Source: a candidate division WOR-3 bacterium (lineage in GTDB: Bacteria > Hydrothermota > UBA3072 > B12-G15). From it: a DNA stretch of 54,123 bases. The notes below the pieces were generated by a model. That model made no database searches, had not been told where the DNA came from, and worked only from the letters and a program-made list of their open reading frames with translations. Positions 38,601 through 49,164 of the stretch are shown here, piece by piece (the first letter of the stretch is position 1; each line of letters begins with the position of its first letter). The stretch is taken from NCBI GenBank assembly GCA_965649055.1, contig CBFGJG010000001.1, forward strand, positions 1 to 54,123, read 5' to 3'. The translations under genes were made by a program, and so were the position numbers.

Positions 38601-39174
38601 TTATCGGTTTAAAAATTTTTACAGGTTCTTGAATACCTTTTAATGAAACTTGCGGTAATGCCTCGTATTCAAATAGGTATCTTGTGCTCCTAAAAATATT
38701 TTCGGGAACAATAATTTCATTTTTTTTAGCGATATCCTTAAGCCTTGAGGCAAGATTCACACTATCTCCCATCACAGTGAACTCTTTCTTTTCAACAGAA
38801 CCAACTTCACCAACAAATACAATACCACTATTTATACCGATATGCAGTCCGATGTCAACATTGATTTTAAGTCTCTCTTTTAACTTTTCATTTATTTCAG
38901 GTATTACTTTCATCATTTCGAGAGAAGCCTTTATTGCCCTTTAAGGATCATCTTCGTGGTTGAAGGGATGCCCAAAAAGAGCCATAACAAGGTCTCCTTC
39001 GTATTTGTGTATAGTCCCTCCGTTTTTAACAATAAATTTATTCAAATGTTCAAAACATATGTTTACAACATCGCTTACTTCCTCCGGGTCAAGATGTAAA
39101 GATAGTGCTGTAAAACCTGATAGATCTGCGAAAAGAATAGTTAATAATCTTCTTTCCTCAATATTCTTTATCAT
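35659..39174 (-). pseudogene. Class III adenylate/guanylate cyclase + STAND-type ATPase + TPR protein interrupted by an in-frame stop
   Basis: LFADLSGFT, KYEGD, HEDDP*RAI (TAA at 38943-38941), HIGINSG, GDSVNLASRL, LVGREKE, GDAGIGKS, IEDYHW, GNPFYLEE, TPR array. Both ORF halves are in the same frame. Confidence 0.88.
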
Positions 39175-39224
39175 AGAAAAATATTATAAAATTATATATA
39201 AATGTCAATAATATTGAGTTTTGA

Positions 39225-39902
39225 TTAAATGATTAATAGTTTCTCTATTGATTTTATTTCTGAAATCTTTCCATCTTTTTTAATGAGTAGTCCACCTGTA
39301 TCACTTATACCTTCTATTTGTCCCTCAATCGTTGTTCCATCATCCATTTTTATCATTGCATTTTCTCCTTTTCCCTTCATCCTTTTTAGAAACATATTTT
39401 TTATATCACCATAATTTGATATTGTAAATAATTTTTCAATTATCGATACACATAGTTCTTCCGTATTAATATTTTCTTTTTTTATTTCATATATTGTAGT
39501 TAAAGTATTTCTGATATCTTCCGGGAAATCAGATATTCTGTTATTACAATTAACACCAATCCCTATCAGATTTTTTTCTCCTATATTTTCAATCAGTATT
39601 CCTGCTATCTTCTTTCCATTAAATAAGATATCGTTTGGCCAGAGTATTTCAGTGTGTATACCTATCTCATTAAGTGATTCTACTATACTTAAAGGAACTA
39701 ACATCGAAAGATATGGATTATTCCATTCAATTACGAATGTAAAGTACAATCCACCTTCAGGGGAATAAAATCTTCTTCCGTGCCTTCCTTTTCCGTTTTC
39801 CTGTTCTTTTGCAATAATTATTGCCGGTGAAACAATAGAATTAATATGTAATTTAGCATATTCCTGTGTTGAATTTATTTTTTGGAATCTTATAATGTTC
39901 AA
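39225..39902 (-). CDS. birA: Biotin-[acetyl-CoA carboxylase] ligase (no HTH)
   Basis: STQ, Q..GKGRHGR, WPND, KKIAGILIE, GIGVN. TTG start after GGAGG, overlapping the polA stop. Confidence 0.9.
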   Translation of the reverse strand: MNIIRFQKINSTQEYAKLHINSIVSPAIIIAKEQENGKGRHGRRFYSPEGGLYFTFVIEWNNPYLSMLVPLSIVESLNEIGIHTEILWPNDILFNGKKIAGILIENIGEKNLIGIGVNCNNRISDFPEDIRNTLTTIYEIKKENINTEELCVSIIEKLFTISNYGDIKNMFLKRMKGKGENAMIKMDDGTTIEGQIEGISDTGGLLIKKDGKISEIKSIEKLLII

Positions 39903-42355
39903 TGTGCCTCCGCCCAATTTCTTCCAAAATTTACTTCCACAGTGATTGGAACATTTAATTTTACAACGTTTTCCATAATTTCTTTAATATTTTTAGAAAC
40001 TTTTTCTTTTTCTTCAGTTTTAACTTCAAATAAAAGTTCATCGTGAATCTGAAGAATCATCCTTGTTTTATAATTTTTAAGAAATTCATCTATTTCTATC
40101 ATAGCAATCTTTATTATATCTGCTGCAGTTCCTTGAATAGGTGTGTTAATTGCAATCCTTTTTCCATATTCCTCCATACTTTTCGTCAATAATTCAGGTA
40201 TTTCTCTTTTTCTATCAAACAGTGTTTTGACATATCCGTTTTCCCTTGCAAATTCAATAATATCTTTTATCCATACTTCAACGCCTTTGAATTGTTTAAA
40301 GTAATTATCAATAAAGAAACCTGCTTCTTCCGGTGTAATATTTAATTCTTTTGAAAGACCGTAAGGGCTCATTCCGTATATAAGACCAAAATTAACAACC
40401 TTTGCAATCCTTCTCATCTCTTCTGTAATTTCCGGTGGGTTACCAAAAATAACCTGCGCTGTCTCTCTGTGGATATCCCTTCCTTCATTGAATGCCTTGA
40501 TAAGATTCTTATCCATGGAAAAATGAGCAAGTATCCTTAATTCAATCTGTGAATAATCACACGACATAATAATATATCCATCTTCCGCAATCAAAGCCTT
40601 TCTTATTTCCTTACCCAAAGGTGTTCTTATCGGTAAAGTTTGCAGATTGGGCTCACTTGCTGTTATCCGCCCTGTTGCTGCTACGGTCTGATTGAATGTG
40701 CAGTGAATTCTGCCTGTTTTCGGGTCAACAAGTTTTGGTAAGGCATCTGCGTATGAGCTCCTTATTTTTTCAAGCTCTCTGTAATCCAGCAATATTTTTG
40801 CAATCTCATGTTCTTTTGAGAGTGCTTCAAGTGTTTCAAAATCTGTAGAAAAATGGCTCTTAGCCTTTTTTACAGGTTTTATCTTCAATTTTTCAAAAAG
40901 AATATAAGATAATTGTTTGGGAGATCGAATATTAAATCTTTCTCCAGCAATCTCAAAAATCCTTTCTTCCATTTTTCTTAACTGGTTACAGATATTATTT
41001 GATAACTCATTCAGGAAGTTAATATCAAATTTTATTCCGTAATTTTCCATTTTATAAAGAACCCTGGATAATGGTAACTCTATCTGTCTATAAAGATTTA
41101 ACATATTTTTTTCCTCGATTTCTTTCATTAGTTTATCAGACTCCTTTATTGAAATTGAGGTTGCAATCTTGTATGATTCCTCATCTTCATTTAATGCAGT
41201 TCCTGTCCTTTTAGAAATTATTTTTAAAATACCGTGGGATTTCTCATTTGGGAAAAGGAGATAGTCGATAATTCCCAAGTCTATTATATTTTTTTCAGGA
41301 TAAAATCCAAGATTGATAGAAATAAATTTTATATCATCTGTTATTATCTCAGAACATCTTTCAATTTTATCCTTAACAGCATCTTTATCAATAACCTGAA
41401 CAAAGTTCCCATCAGATATGAAAAATTTTCCATTAAAATAACTTACTCCTAATCTATTACCTGAGACATCTCCTTCTTTTACCGATATCTTTTCCTCCAT
41501 TCCCATTTCTTTTATAAACGAGAAAAATTCAAGTTCAACAAATATTTTTTTCAGAACATCATAATTTTTTTCTTTCAATCTTGTTTCATTTAAATCAATA
41601 TTTAAAGGAATTTCATTCATCTTGATAAGTCTATAATTTCTTCTTATTAATTCGGAGTTTTCGGTTAAAATCCTTCTTATATCTTCATTTTTATTTTTGT
41701 CAATATTTTCGATTATCTTTTCAATATCACCAAATTCATTTATTAAAGATAAAGCGTTCTTCTTTCCTATTCCTTTAACACTTATTATATTGTCGCTCTG
41801 ATCGCCTACCAGTGAAAGAAAAGAAGGTAAAAATTCTGGTTTTACACCAAATTTCTCCAGCACTACTTTTTCGTCAATCCATTCAGCACCTTTTGAATGC
41901 ATATTCAAGACTTTTATATTATCGCTTATAGCCTGCATAATATCTTTATCAAAAGTAAATATTATAACATCTAATCCTTCTCTTTCACCTTTTTTTGCAA
42001 GTGTATAAATCACATCGTCTGCTTCATAACCTTCAACTTCGATAATTTTTATCCCCAATCCATCCGTTATTTTTTTTATATATGGTATCTGCAGAGACAG
42101 CTCATCAGGCATCTTTTTTCTCTTTGCTTTATATTCTTTGTATTCCATATGTCTTATTGTTGGTTTTGGCAGGTCAAAAGAACAGACTGCATATTCGGGT
42201 TTAATTTCATTTAATACTTTTATGACACTTCGAGTAAAACCATAAACACCGGATGTATTAAATCCTTTTGAATTCCTTAAAGGATTATTTATAAATGCGT
42301 AAAAAGACCTATAAGCAAGGGAAGAACCATCAATAAGAAGAAGTTTCTCTTTCAT
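39899..42355 (-). CDS. polA: DNA polymerase I
   Basis: 5'-3' exonuclease (LIDGSS..YR, GYEADD, LVGD.SDN); polymerase motifs TGR, DYSQIELR, AKVVNFG..YG, NTPIQG, QIHDEL. The 3'-5' exonuclease region is short and degenerate. Confidence 0.97.
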   Translation of the reverse strand: MKEKLLLIDGSSLAYRSFYAFINNPLRNSKGFNTSGVYGFTRSVIKVLNEIKPEYAVCSFDLPKPTIRHMEYKEYKAKRKKMPDELSLQIPYIKKITDGLGIKIIEVEGYEADDVIYTLAKKGEREGLDVIIFTFDKDIMQAISDNIKVLNMHSKGAEWIDEKVVLEKFGVKPEFLPSFLSLVGDQSDNIISVKGIGKKNALSLINEFGDIEKIIENIDKNKNEDIRRILTENSELIRRNYRLIKMNEIPLNIDLNETRLKEKNYDVLKKIFVELEFFSFIKEMGMEEKISVKEGDVSGNRLGVSYFNGKFFISDGNFVQVIDKDAVKDKIERCSEIITDDIKFISINLGFYPEKNIIDLGIIDYLLFPNEKSHGILKIISKRTGTALNEDEESYKIATSISIKESDKLMKEIEEKNMLNLYRQIELPLSRVLYKMENYGIKFDINFLNELSNNICNQLRKMEERIFEIAGERFNIRSPKQLSYILFEKLKIKPVKKAKSHFSTDFETLEALSKEHEIAKILLDYRELEKIRSSYADALPKLVDPKTGRIHCTFNQTVAATGRITASEPNLQTLPIRTPLGKEIRKALIAEDGYIIMSCDYSQIELRILAHFSMDKNLIKAFNEGRDIHRETAQVIFGNPPEITEEMRRIAKVVNFGLIYGMSPYGLSKELNITPEEAGFFIDNYFKQFKGVEVWIKDIIEFARENGYVKTLFDRKREIPELLTKSMEEYGKRIAINTPIQGTAADIIKIAMIEIDEFLKNYKTRMILQIHDELLFEVKTEEKEKVSKNIKEIMENVVKLNVPITVEVNFGRNWAEAH

Positions 42356-42834
42356 TGTTTATATCCTATTTTTCTTAAGAATTCCTTCCTTTCTTTTATA
42401 TCATTTTCGTTTTCTATTCCCACCGGTGAACCACCATCAAGGACACCAATGATTCCCCTTTTTTCTCCATCTTCAAGAACAATAATATCAACAGGATTGG
42501 CTGTAGCACAGAAAATACTGCACACTTCATCACAATCTTTTATCTTCTTTAAGACATTTATCGGATATGCATTTCTCATTATTATAACAAATGAATGACC
42601 TGCACCTATTGAAAATGCATTTTTAACTGCAAGCTCTTCAAACTCAAAATCGTTACCGGTATGTCTTACAAGCCTTTTTCCTGATGATTCACAGAATGCA
42701 ATACCGAATTTTATTCCTGGAACCGTTGTTATAAGTATCTCGCTTAAGTCCTCTACTGTTTTTATAAAATGTGATTGCCCTATTATTACATTAGCATTTT
42801 CAGGTTTCTCGATTGAAACTATCTTTATTTCCAT
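42352..42834 (-). CDS. Adenosine-specific kinase family protein (DUF355/PAE2307-like)
   Basis: NVIIGQSHFIKTVED, FCESSG, GAGH, FCATANP, GVLDG, FLRKIGYK. GGAGGT RBS before ATG 42834. Confidence 0.88.
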   Translation of the reverse strand: MEIKIVSIEKPENANVIIGQSHFIKTVEDLSEILITTVPGIKFGIAFCESSGKRLVRHTGNDFEFEELAVKNAFSIGAGHSFVIIMRNAYPINVLKKIKDCDEVCSIFCATANPVDIIVLEDGEKRGIIGVLDGGSPVGIENENDIKERKEFLRKIGYKQ

Positions 42835-42842
42835 AATACCTC

Positions 42843-45314
42843 CTATTTTAATATTAATATTTTTTTTATCCATTTATTCTGAGAAGATGTGTAATGGACA
42901 AAATAAATACCGGTATTTAGATTTGTTTTGTCAATAATGTTCCCGGTTTCTCTAATATTTATATCTCTGACCTTTCTACCTGAAATATCGAAATATTTCA
43001 AATTTATATCGTAAAGAACATTCGATGCCTCTGTCAAAAATATTACATCACCTTTTGATACATTTGAATAGAGGTAATGTGGTGGTAGTAGATTCGAGTC
43101 TTTAAGATTAAAATAAAATTCAAAATCTTTGTTATAGTTCCAACATTTTAAATTTAATACGATTAAAATTGAATCATAATCGGTTTCCTTAACAAATAAA
43201 TTTGTCTTTATTGAGTATAAAGAAGATGTTCCCAGCTCATCTATAAAAAATTCAGATGAATCAAATTCTCCAGAATCGTTAACATTTAATTTAATTGAAA
43301 TATTTTTAACATTAAATTTCGAAGTATTTTTTATATTAAAGGACAGTCGATTTATATTATTTTTATAAAGATAGAATGTGTCGGATTCAACTTTGAATTC
43401 AGGAATATTCAATTTAAGTAAAATTGTGTCATATGTCGAAAAACTATCTGAAATAAATGATAATTCTATAAAAACAGAATCTTCAGTAGAATAAAAGATT
43501 GTTTTTATCGTAGTATCATTGAATGGTCTTATTGAATCAAAGAAGAAAGAATCTATTTCAAAATTTATATTCTGTGTAAAAGGATTCAAAAGTAAATAAC
43601 CATTTAAAAAAGTTTGGTTCCCATAATTTTTAATGTTGATGATCAATGTGTCGTATGAAACATTAAATGATTGCGTTTTTATGAAAACACCATCAGGTAT
43701 AAGTTTTAAGCCTGAGAATATAGGAATATGATTTAATGTTGAAGATATAAAGTAATTCACATACCCAGTGTCGAAATTATCAAAACTTATATCAATCTTT
43801 CCGGTTCCTGAATCAAATTGAAACAAGTAATTCTGTTCAAATCCAATCTTAAAAGGTATACTACCAGTTTTATCTTCAACAACAAGATTCAATGTGCAGG
43901 TTTTAGGGAAAAATTTAGGTATATTCGAATAAATGGGTATCTCCGTTCCATCCCTTATTCTTATTAAAGGGTCACCAAATAGGTTATATTCCTTGAAATA
44001 CTGTTTTGTCATTGAAACCATTCCAAAATACTGTAAGAATAGTATCCTTGCAGAATCTACAACATTACCTATTATTTCCTGCCTTTTATACAGGTCTATT
44101 ATTCTTTTCTGTAAAATATCATCTTCATCCCAGTAGGAATATGTTGACGCACCAAATGTAAAAGCAGAGCCTTTTGATTTTCTTCTCAACAGTGCTTCTG
44201 TGAAACACTCAGGATAAGAAAAATTCCCTGTTTTGCAGGCAAAGTTTAAAATAATCGGATATTTGAAATTTTTTTCAATTTTATTAAAATCCGTGATTGA
44301 AAAATTAGGACCAAGCCATCCAATTTCTGAACCATGACCTGAATAAACAATTATATTTCTTCCATATGTAAATGCTGAATCAATGGGTGTCCCGGTTTTA
44401 TAATATCCCCATAAAGAATCGCATACATATCCTCTATTTCTTAATGTATCCATAGAATATTTATGTGTTTGTTCAACTAACTGGTGATACCATAAGTCAG
44501 TGGTTGAGACAAAATAGCCTTTGTTTAAATAGCTATCCTGTGATGTCTCAAATTCAATTATCTTATCAATAAAATTCTCAAGCTCAACTGTATCATTCAC
44601 ACTTATCCTGCCGACAATTCTATCAGGAATAAAACCAGTATCAGAGACTCCGTAAAATAAATCAGTATAAATTATAGTATTGTCATAATCACCCATTGTG
44701 ATATAAGTTTTTACATTTGAAGTATCACCAATTATTAAGACATAATCAGGGTCTTTTAAAATAATGAGATCTCTTATTGTTATAGTATCTGTTGAAGGTT
44801 GAACTATCACAGTATCAATTTGGTAACCCTGTAGCTTCCTGAAGATCATATGTTTTTTTAATTTATTTAAGAACGGTTCATTAAGTATATACAAGACTTT
44901 ATTGTCTTGTTTTTTGAAAGTAAATCTTTTTAATGGACTGATATTTATAACTTCAGGGTATAACAGAATGTTTTTATAAGGATTATACCTGTGCGTATAT
45001 ATTTCAAGAAGATAAATATCTTTTTTGTTCCTTCTTCCTATTTTTTTAATATCGTAAATTTTTTCAGGAAAAAAGATATCTTTTTTGTATGTTTCGGAAA
45101 TTATGAAATTCATACTTTTTCCATCTTTTCTTACAGGAAATTGTTTCGGAAATATTTTATCTTTTAAAAGTGAATCCCTGTATACGATGTCTATTTTTAT
45201 TCCCGTAGTATCCTCAATAAAAAACCTTAATACTGGTAATTCAGGTTCTCCAGGAACATTTAGTTTTGTAATTGTGTCAGGAAAAATATAGTAGGATAAA
45301 ACCATAAAAAGCAT
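42843..45314 (-). CDS. Second C25 (gingipain-family) peptidase with T9SS-like tail
   Basis: PGEPELP, VLIIGD, VGRIS, YSGHG, FACKTG, YNLFGDP; tail YFDISGR..GIYF..KKILILK. Confidence 0.82.
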   Translation of the reverse strand: MLFMVLSYYIFPDTITKLNVPGEPELPVLRFFIEDTTGIKIDIVYRDSLLKDKIFPKQFPVRKDGKSMNFIISETYKKDIFFPEKIYDIKKIGRRNKKDIYLLEIYTHRYNPYKNILLYPEVINISPLKRFTFKKQDNKVLYILNEPFLNKLKKHMIFRKLQGYQIDTVIVQPSTDTITIRDLIILKDPDYVLIIGDTSNVKTYITMGDYDNTIIYTDLFYGVSDTGFIPDRIVGRISVNDTVELENFIDKIIEFETSQDSYLNKGYFVSTTDLWYHQLVEQTHKYSMDTLRNRGYVCDSLWGYYKTGTPIDSAFTYGRNIIVYSGHGSEIGWLGPNFSITDFNKIEKNFKYPIILNFACKTGNFSYPECFTEALLRRKSKGSAFTFGASTYSYWDEDDILQKRIIDLYKRQEIIGNVVDSARILFLQYFGMVSMTKQYFKEYNLFGDPLIRIRDGTEIPIYSNIPKFFPKTCTLNLVVEDKTGSIPFKIGFEQNYLFQFDSGTGKIDISFDNFDTGYVNYFISSTLNHIPIFSGLKLIPDGVFIKTQSFNVSYDTLIINIKNYGNQTFLNGYLLLNPFTQNINFEIDSFFFDSIRPFNDTTIKTIFYSTEDSVFIELSFISDSFSTYDTILLKLNIPEFKVESDTFYLYKNNINRLSFNIKNTSKFNVKNISIKLNVNDSGEFDSSEFFIDELGTSSLYSIKTNLFVKETDYDSILIVLNLKCWNYNKDFEFYFNLKDSNLLPPHYLYSNVSKGDVIFLTEASNVLYDINLKYFDISGRKVRDINIRETGNIIDKTNLNTGIYFVHYTSSQNKWIKKILILK

Positions 45315-46367
45315 CTATTCTTCTCCTTTCTTATCTTCAAGAATTCCTCTTAATTGTCCGCATGCTGCGAGTATATCTTTTCCTTTGCTCCACCTAACAG
45401 TTATAGCGGGTGATAAAGGATAAAGTATTTTTATGAATCTGTCAACATCTTCTTCATCTGGTGTTTTAAATTCAGAAGATTCAATACTATTGTATGGAAT
45501 TATGTTAACTTTTGAAGGAATGGACCTTGCAATCTCTGCAAGTTTAATTGCATCCATCATACTATCGTTAAATCCTTTAAATAGAACATACTCAAATGTT
45601 ATCCTCATGCCTTTTTTAAATGTATAATATTTTAATGACTCAAGAACATTTTTTAAATTGTATATTTTGTTTACTGGCATAATCTGGTTTCTTTTCTCAT
45701 CATCCGGTGCATTGATTGAGAATGCAAGTTTATACTGATATGGTTCTTCTGAAAATTTGTATATATTCTTAGTTATTCCGGATGTTGATACAGTTATCTT
45801 TCTTGCTCCAACACCTATATCCCTGTTAATAATCCTTAAAGCGTAAATAACTTCATCATAATTCAAAAAAGGCTCACCCATACCCATAAGAACAACATTT
45901 GTTATCCTATCTTTAATTATTTTCTGAACAGAAATAACCTGTTCAGCAATCTCATAAAATTTAAGATTTCTTTTAAATCCAATCTTTCCGGTAGCGCAAA
46001 AGACACATCCAAGAGGACAGCCAACCTGTGTTGAGATGCAAACAGTTCTTCTATCTTCGTCAGGAATAAATACACTCTCTATTCTTTCTTTATCTTCAAG
46101 TTCAAAAAGGAATTTAATGGAACCATCCTTTGATTCCATCTTGCTGATTAATTTCATTTCAGAGATATAAAATTTATCCTTTAATTTATTTCTTTCTTCT
46201 TTACCTATGTCAGACATTGTTTCAAAATCATTTACACCTTTTTGCCATAACCATCTGTATATCTGATTTCCCCTGTATTTCTTCTGGGACATTTTTTCCA
46301 TAAGCTCTTTCAGGTCTTCAAGTCTGATTGATTTTATATTTATTCTACCTTCAGATATTCCTTCCAT
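45315..46367 (-). CDS. rlmN: Dual-specificity RNA methyltransferase RlmN
   Basis: CISTQVGCPLGCVFCATG, MGMGEP, ITVSTSG, AACGQL. Confidence 0.96.
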   Translation of the reverse strand: MEGISEGRINIKSIRLEDLKELMEKMSQKKYRGNQIYRWLWQKGVNDFETMSDIGKEERNKLKDKFYISEMKLISKMESKDGSIKFLFELEDKERIESVFIPDEDRRTVCISTQVGCPLGCVFCATGKIGFKRNLKFYEIAEQVISVQKIIKDRITNVVLMGMGEPFLNYDEVIYALRIINRDIGVGARKITVSTSGITKNIYKFSEEPYQYKLAFSINAPDDEKRNQIMPVNKIYNLKNVLESLKYYTFKKGMRITFEYVLFKGFNDSMMDAIKLAEIARSIPSKVNIIPYNSIESSEFKTPDEEDVDRFIKILYPLSPAITVRWSKGKDILAACGQLRGILEDKKGEE

Positions 46368-46723
46368 TTTAAAACCTTCTTTTCACCAATTCCTTTTATA
46401 TTTTTTAACTCATCAAGGCTATTAAATCTGATAACTTTATCTCTATATTCAATTATTTTCTTCGCAGTTGCAGGTCCTATTCCAGGAACTTGTAAAAGTT
46501 CTTCCATTGTTGCAGAATTTAAATCAATTGGGAAAATATTTATATTTTCTTCAATCTCTAATTCTTCAAATCTTTCCTTAGGTATAAACATCCTGACACC
46601 TGAGCTTAATATGATTATAAATGCGACAAAATATATAATCTTTCTTTCATCAGATGTAAAGTAGTTATTTAAATTTAATCCCCGCAAATATCCTCCAGTA
46701 ATTATCGAGATTATATATACCAC
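46340..46723 (-). CDS. comEA: ComEA-like helix-hairpin-helix DNA-binding membrane protein (start may be TTG 46687)
   Basis: FT..E + TM helix; IDLNSAT.EEL..VPGIGPATAKKI..YR; IKGIGEK. Confidence 0.8.
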   Translation of the reverse strand: MVYIISIITGGYLRGLNLNNYFTSDERKIIYFVAFIIILSSGVRMFIPKERFEELEIEENINIFPIDLNSATMEELLQVPGIGPATAKKIIEYRDKVIRFNSLDELKNIKGIGEKKVLKWKEYLKVE

Positions 46724-47588
46724 CTATAAAAGGGACATACCTTCCACCCCAGATAATAAAAATACCCAAAAAACCTTTTAAAATTCTAAAATCAGTTGAA
46801 TTATTACATAACAATCTTGTTGTAAAGAATCTGTTTTTTAAACTATAATAAATAGATATACCTATCTTATTATCATAAATATAAAATTCAGAGTTTCGAA
46901 TGTTAAAATAAAAGAAAGGATTGTTTCTTATAAACCCTGTCTTAAAATAATAATATCCATATAGCAATTCAAAAGATGTAGTAGGATAAAAATGATAATC
47001 GCTTTTAAACCAGAAATCATAAAAAGGTAGTAAATCATAAGAGTATCTGAAAGATAGAAAACAAATATCTGAAAAGAGAATTACCTCAAAAAGATCTTTC
47101 CCAAGAGTGAGTCTTTTTTTATCCACTTGTAAAAACATACCGGAAAATATTGATTTTCTGTAGCCTCCTGTAAATCCAATAAAGAATTTTTCAGAAGGGA
47201 CAATAACATCAATGTTTGAAAATACATTAAATGAATCTTTATATCCTGAAAATCCAATTTCAAAGATTGAGGAGATTTTTTCAAGAATAAATCTGTTTTT
47301 TGAAATAAAAAAGGGGTTCATAGTTTCCCCGATAAACCTTAATTCCCCGTAAAATTTATCAAAATTATATTTTAAAGACTCATTCAGGAATTTTTTTCTG
47401 ATATAAATTCCGTACATATAATTCCCGTTCATCTTTGAAAAATTTACTATATCGAGATTATTACCAATTCCTATTTCAAGTTCAAAGTATCTTTCTCTTT
47501 TAAAATAAACATCTTCAACCTTAATTCCTGGTGGTTTAAATTCAGGTATAAATTTATCTTCCTCTATACAAAGAATAAAAAATATCAT
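46665..47588 (-). CDS. Hypothetical protein, probable outer-membrane beta-barrel
   Basis: Aromatic/Gly-rich beta pattern; C-terminal IFAGIKFK. Confidence 0.45.
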   Translation of the reverse strand: MIFFILCIEEDKFIPEFKPPGIKVEDVYFKRERYFELEIGIGNNLDIVNFSKMNGNYMYGIYIRKKFLNESLKYNFDKFYGELRFIGETMNPFFISKNRFILEKISSIFEIGFSGYKDSFNVFSNIDVIVPSEKFFIGFTGGYRKSIFSGMFLQVDKKRLTLGKDLFEVILFSDICFLSFRYSYDLLPFYDFWFKSDYHFYPTTSFELLYGYYYFKTGFIRNNPFFYFNIRNSEFYIYDNKIGISIYYSLKNRFFTTRLLCNNSTDFRILKGFLGIFIIWGGRYVPFIGGIYNLDNYWRIFAGIKFK

Positions 47589-48580
47589 AGGATTTTCTTA
47601 ATATTTTCTGAAAAGGGCTTTGTTATTATTCCTTTTTCACACACTATTCCTGTTAAAAGTTCATTAGGTGTTACATCAAATACGGGATTTTTTACCTTTA
47701 CATTTAAGGGTGCAATCCTTATTCCTTTTATCTCCGTTATTTCCTTCTCATCCCTTTCTTCAATAGGTATTGAATTACCATCTTTCATATTCTTATCAAA
47801 TGTTGTTGTTGGTGCAACTGTATAGAAAGGAACATTGAAATATTTTGAAATAATAGCTAGACCAAAAGTCCCGATTTTATTTGCAAAATCACCATTCATC
47901 GTAATCCTGTCTGCACCAACAAATACTGCATCTATTTTCTCCCTTTCGAAGGTTATTGCTATTGCATTGTCTGCAATCAGAGTGACATCAACGCCATTTT
48001 TTTTAAGTTCCCAAGCAGTCAATCTCGCGCCCTGAAGAAAAGGCCTTGTTTCTGGTGCGAATACCTTTATTTTTTTACCCATTTCCTTTGCCTTATAAAA
48101 AACAGCAAGTGCCGTTCCGATACCTCCGGTTGCAAGGGCACCTGCATTACATATAGTGAAACATTTTGCTCCATCTTTTATAAGTTCCGCACCAAATACT
48201 CCAAGTTTATCACAGATATTTCTATCTTCATCGTGGATTTTAATTGCCTCATTCAAAATTAATTCTTTATCAAAATTTTCCCTTACAATTTTTTCCATCC
48301 TTTCAAGGGCATAGAAAAGGTTATAAGCAGTGGGTCTTGAAGACCTCAAAAGTTTTATATCTTCAATGGTTTTTTCTTTATCCCCTTTCAATGCCGACAA
48401 TGCAACACCGTAAGCAGCAAGTATTCCTATTGCTGGTGCTCCTCTTATTGCCATAGATTTTATCGCATTGTAAACATCCTCGACTGTTTTAAGTTCAATG
48501 TATACTTCTTTTAAAGGTAATTCCCTCTGGTCTATTATTCTAACTTTACCATTTTCCCAACTGATTGTTTTAAATTCCAC
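47585..48580 (-). CDS. mtnA: S-methyl-5-thioribose-1-phosphate isomerase
   Basis: IDQRELP, IRGAPAIG, RPTA.NL, CNAGALAT, ETRPFLQGARLTAWE, GADRI, ANKIGT, NPVFDVTP. Confidence 0.96.
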   Translation of the reverse strand: MEFKTISWENGKVRIIDQRELPLKEVYIELKTVEDVYNAIKSMAIRGAPAIGILAAYGVALSALKGDKEKTIEDIKLLRSSRPTAYNLFYALERMEKIVRENFDKELILNEAIKIHDEDRNICDKLGVFGAELIKDGAKCFTICNAGALATGGIGTALAVFYKAKEMGKKIKVFAPETRPFLQGARLTAWELKKNGVDVTLIADNAIAITFEREKIDAVFVGADRITMNGDFANKIGTFGLAIISKYFNVPFYTVAPTTTFDKNMKDGNSIPIEERDEKEITEIKGIRIAPLNVKVKNPVFDVTPNELLTGIVCEKGIITKPFSENIKKIL

Positions 48581-49164
48581 AGATACTCCTTTGCTGTTTT
48601 TTCATCATAATCAATACCTGTTTTCTTAAAGACATTAAGTAACTTTTCCAAAGGTATCCCTATAACATTTGCTATGCTCCCCTTTATTCTTTCAATCAGT
48701 TTTATACCAGTTCCCTGAACAGCATATGCACCTGCCTTATCCATAGGTTCGTCTGTTTCAATGTATTTCTGTATTTCTTCATCAGTATAATATTTGAATT
48801 TTACAAAACTTTTATCATATTCTCCTATTCTTGTCTTATCTTTTATTAATGTGAAGCCAGAAAATACGATATGTTCCCTGTTATTTAGTTTTTTCAACAA
48901 TTGAAAAGCATTCATTCTATCTTTCGGTTTTCCAAGTATTTCGTTATCAATAAACACAATAGTGTCAAATCCTATTCCGTGCTCACCATCCTTTAAAACC
49001 TTTCTTATCTTTGATTCAGAATTAAATAAAACCGTTGTTATTGGATCATCAAATACAACTTCTTCTGTTTCTTCTTTTCTTATTATAAAATCAATTCCTA
49101 ATTTTTTGAAAATCTCAATCCTTCTTGGTGAAGTTGAGGCAAGAACTATTCTATTATTTATCAT
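48535..49164 (-). CDS. maf: Maf-family nucleoside triphosphate pyrophosphatase (YhdE-type)
   Basis: LASTSPRR, DTIV, LGKP, DKAGAYAVQG, NVIGIP. Confidence 0.93.
   Translation of the reverse strand: MINNRIVLASTSPRRIEIFKKLGIDFIIRKEETEEVVFDDPITTVLFNSESKIRKVLKDGEHGIGFDTIVFIDNEILGKPKDRMNAFQLLKKLNNREHIVFSGFTLIKDKTRIGEYDKSFVKFKYYTDEEIQKYIETDEPMDKAGAYAVQGTGIKLIERIKGSIANVIGIPLEKLLNVFKKTGIDYDEKTAKEYLWNLKQSVGKMVKLE

Noticed and set aside
38941..38943. Stop-codon reassignment or Sec/Pyl readthrough
   Set aside because: The codon is TAA, which terminates many other genes in the window; this is a single isolated case.
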